Assembly (NCBI GenBank): GCA_013239625.1
Contig: MU056703.1
Span: forward strand, 1,973,185-2,037,184
DNA: 64,000 bases
Origin: Lama guanicoe
Taxonomy: Eukaryota
Direction: 5' to 3'
Each line of letters starts with the position of its first letter. Position 1 is the first letter of the stretch. Below are positions 61,594 to 64,000 of this stretch, piece by piece. The notes below the pieces were generated by a model that saw nothing but the letters and a program-made list of their open reading frames with translations, was not told where the DNA came from and did no database searches. A program made the position numbers and the translations under genes.

Positions 61594-63236
61594 GTGTGGA
61601 TCTGAGAGTCCATGCCGTTTGCACTTGGACTGTGACCCTCCTGTGGCCTGTGAGCACCTGGTTCCATGGATGTGCATGCCCACTCCTGAGTAAGGCACAG
61701 CACACCTGACTGCTTGTCTCCATCCCTAGAGGATGAATGTCCCTAAACACCCAGTTTTTATGTGATCCATCATCTTTCCCACAAAAAGGGGGGTCTCGTT
61801 CACTTACATCACTGGTTTGTCACTTCATCAAGTGTCTTATGTAATCTTACCAGGTGTTGCCTAAAGAAAAGTGTCCCATCACAAACTCTTTCCAGGAAAT
61901 ACTCATTAAGTAGAATCACACAGGTTGGTCCTTTTCTTCACTGCAGGACTTCTCAGAGCCTTTGTTAAGAAACATTGAGACTCTCCAAGAGGTGAGAATA
62001 TAATCATTTTCCGACTTCATTTGAACACACGTCTTTATCTTTGCTTTCCTAGGACAGTCTGAGGAGGACATGTGGCCGGCACTGTTGGCCCAGCTCGTCC
62101 CCTCGCCCCCCGCACCCTCTCCATGAGGACCGTAGGTTCTGGGCGCACTGTGTCCAGGAGCAGACGAGCTCGAGGCTCAGTAGTGCCCCCCACCCCGGCG
62201 GCGCCTCGACCACCAGCCCTCACTTCCTGTCCACCCAGAAGCAAGGGGGTGAGTCTGTCTCCCAGGCCTGGGGGTCAAGCCCCGGGGGCACGCCCGGCGT
62301 CTCTCCTCTGTCCCCTCCCCGTCACCCCACCGAGCCCAGTGGGGCCTCTGCAGTCGGTCCACCTGCACTCGGATCCTCGTCTCGAATGTGCTTTGTTGGG
62401 GGAGTATCTAGGACAGTGGGTTCTCGTCCAGTCCCTCTGTGATCGACCTCAGTGGGGAAGAGCCGAAGTACCCAGTAAAGGCTGCGTCCCGGAGACGGGC
62501 GGCAGCCAGCACGCGGCCAGGACGCGTCCTGCGAGGCATCACCGGTGGGCCGAGGCCCACGCTCCGTGCAGTCAGCGCACACGGCAGCTGAGAAGGGGCG
62601 TCGTTTTGGCCGCGGGAAGCCAGGCAGATGGAGGCCCCAGTGAGATGCTTCTGGAGCCGGCGAGAGCCGCCTGTATGGGGGGTGGTGATCTAAGAGAAGA
62701 GGGTGAACTGTCACCCATTCTTAAGGGCAGGAAAAAGACGGGCTGATCGCTGAGGATGAAGGCTCTGCACGGGGCGCCCCCCAAGGGAAGAGCGGGGTCC
62801 CCTTCACCCCCTGACTCAAGCACTCAGCACAGAGGTCCCCGAGAGCCCCGTCCGCTTCCACACGGTGTCACCGCCGAGCCCGTCCTGGCTGAGGCCGTCT
62901 CAAGGTCAGAGCGACGCGGTCAGAAGGCAGAGGCCACCCCGTCCCCGCCCTTGGTGGACAACTCACCCAAGTGTTTCTTCTCTGCACGGGAAAGGATGAC
63001 TTTACTCGAGGTTAATAGTTACAGGTGAATCTGAACTCAGTGTCTGTAAAGTTCTTGCTTTGGCCGCTGAGCATCTAACAGAAATGAACTTGCCCCTGAG
63101 ACACTGTCCGTATCCAGGCGGGGGCTGCTTGGCACGCAGCGCCCAGGGCGGTCGCTCTTTCTCCCTAGTACCTCTCATCTCCGCCGACAGGGGCCTGTTT
63201 TACGCATCGGCCGTAGGCTTCTCTCTGGCCAAGACC

Positions 63237-63323
63237 TGGCTTCTGCCCCAGGAGTCTGAGCTGTGGCTTCTGCCCTGGGAGTCTGAGCTGTGGTTTCTGC
63301 CCCGGGAGTCTGAGCTGTGGCTT
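63237..63323. repeat. 27-bp tandem repeat, 3.2 units
   Basis: tggcttctgccccaggagtctgagctg / tggcttctgccctgggagtctgagctg / tggtttctgccccgggagtctgagctg / tggctt. Confidence 0.95.
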
Positions 63324-64000
63324 TGCTGGTGCAGGGGGTCGTGGAAGGCGTGAAGTGAGAAGAAACAGGTCACAGGCGGGCACGGGGGAAGGGGAAGAAA
63401 CCGATGAGGTAGTGGACTAGTGACTTCTCCTAATGCTTTAGTTTCAGGATGAAAGGGCAGCTGAGCAGCACGGACGATGAAGGACAGTCACCAGCATCTA
63501 AAGGGGCACAGGCTCCACATGCGGCAGACGGGAATGAGAGGCGCGAGGGCTGAGGGGACGAAGGGCAGGAGGTGGGCAGACGGGCAGGTGGCAGCATGTC
63601 ATGTGGTGTCACCATCAAGGGAGGGCTGGGGCGTCGGTCAGGGAGGGGACGGTCAGGGAGGGGACAGCCAGGCCCAGGTGGGGGCTCCAGGGTGGTCAGG
63701 AAGCAGGGTGTTCACGCAGCACAGCGTTGCTCCCCGGAAGGTTCCCCTGGATTAGGGCCCCCATCTTCTTCTTAGTAAAACCCTGGAAACATTGTGATTA
63801 TGAGTGGCTAACCCGTTCCTGCCGCGTCCCCCGCCGCGTGACCCCAAGCACATTCCCCGCTTTCTGGGCTGCAGTTTATCCGCACGGTGGAAATACCACC
63901 CCCGCTTCCTGCGTGTCTTTCCCGTTTTTCTCTCCGCTGTTCCTCTGTTTCTGAGTGAGGCGTGTAGCTCCCCTGGGAGGCTAACGGCTGCTCGCGTGGT

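Noticed and set aside
60403-61750. Longest ORFs (311-431 aa, CTPVPST/HTCP repeats)
   Set aside because: Open in most frames on both strands because of a stop-free minisatellite plus translated Ns; not a gene.
1-64000. Naming the host gene, locus or species
   Set aside because: No exon or diagnostic lineage repeat recognised; any name would be a guess without alignment.

Overview
Mammalian (eutherian) genomic DNA, GC- and CpG-rich in the way subtelomeric regions are. I recognise no protein-coding gene, RNA gene or CRISPR-type system. Nearly all ORFs in the track look like by-products of GC-rich, stop-poor sequence, tandem repeats or N gaps; the only real protein homology is to decayed LINE-1 ORF1/ORF2. 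The window contains: ancient repeats (six MLT1/MaLR LTRs, L1M fragments, L2, MIR, MER20/MER3/MER5-like); one cleanly bounded younger solo LTR with a 4-bp TSD (23470-23948); a near-perfect 2.2-kb tandem duplication (46284-50702); several minisatellites; two assembly gaps; and about ten AT-rich, homeodomain-motif-dense islands resembling conserved developmental enhancers. Nearly all LTR and L1 copies lie on the minus strand, which suggests the window sits in a large intron of a plus-strand gene. Patches of old repeats appear rewritten AT->GC, consistent with GC-biased gene conversion. Repeat names come from remembered consensus sequences, not a database search. I found no evidence for a new biological system.
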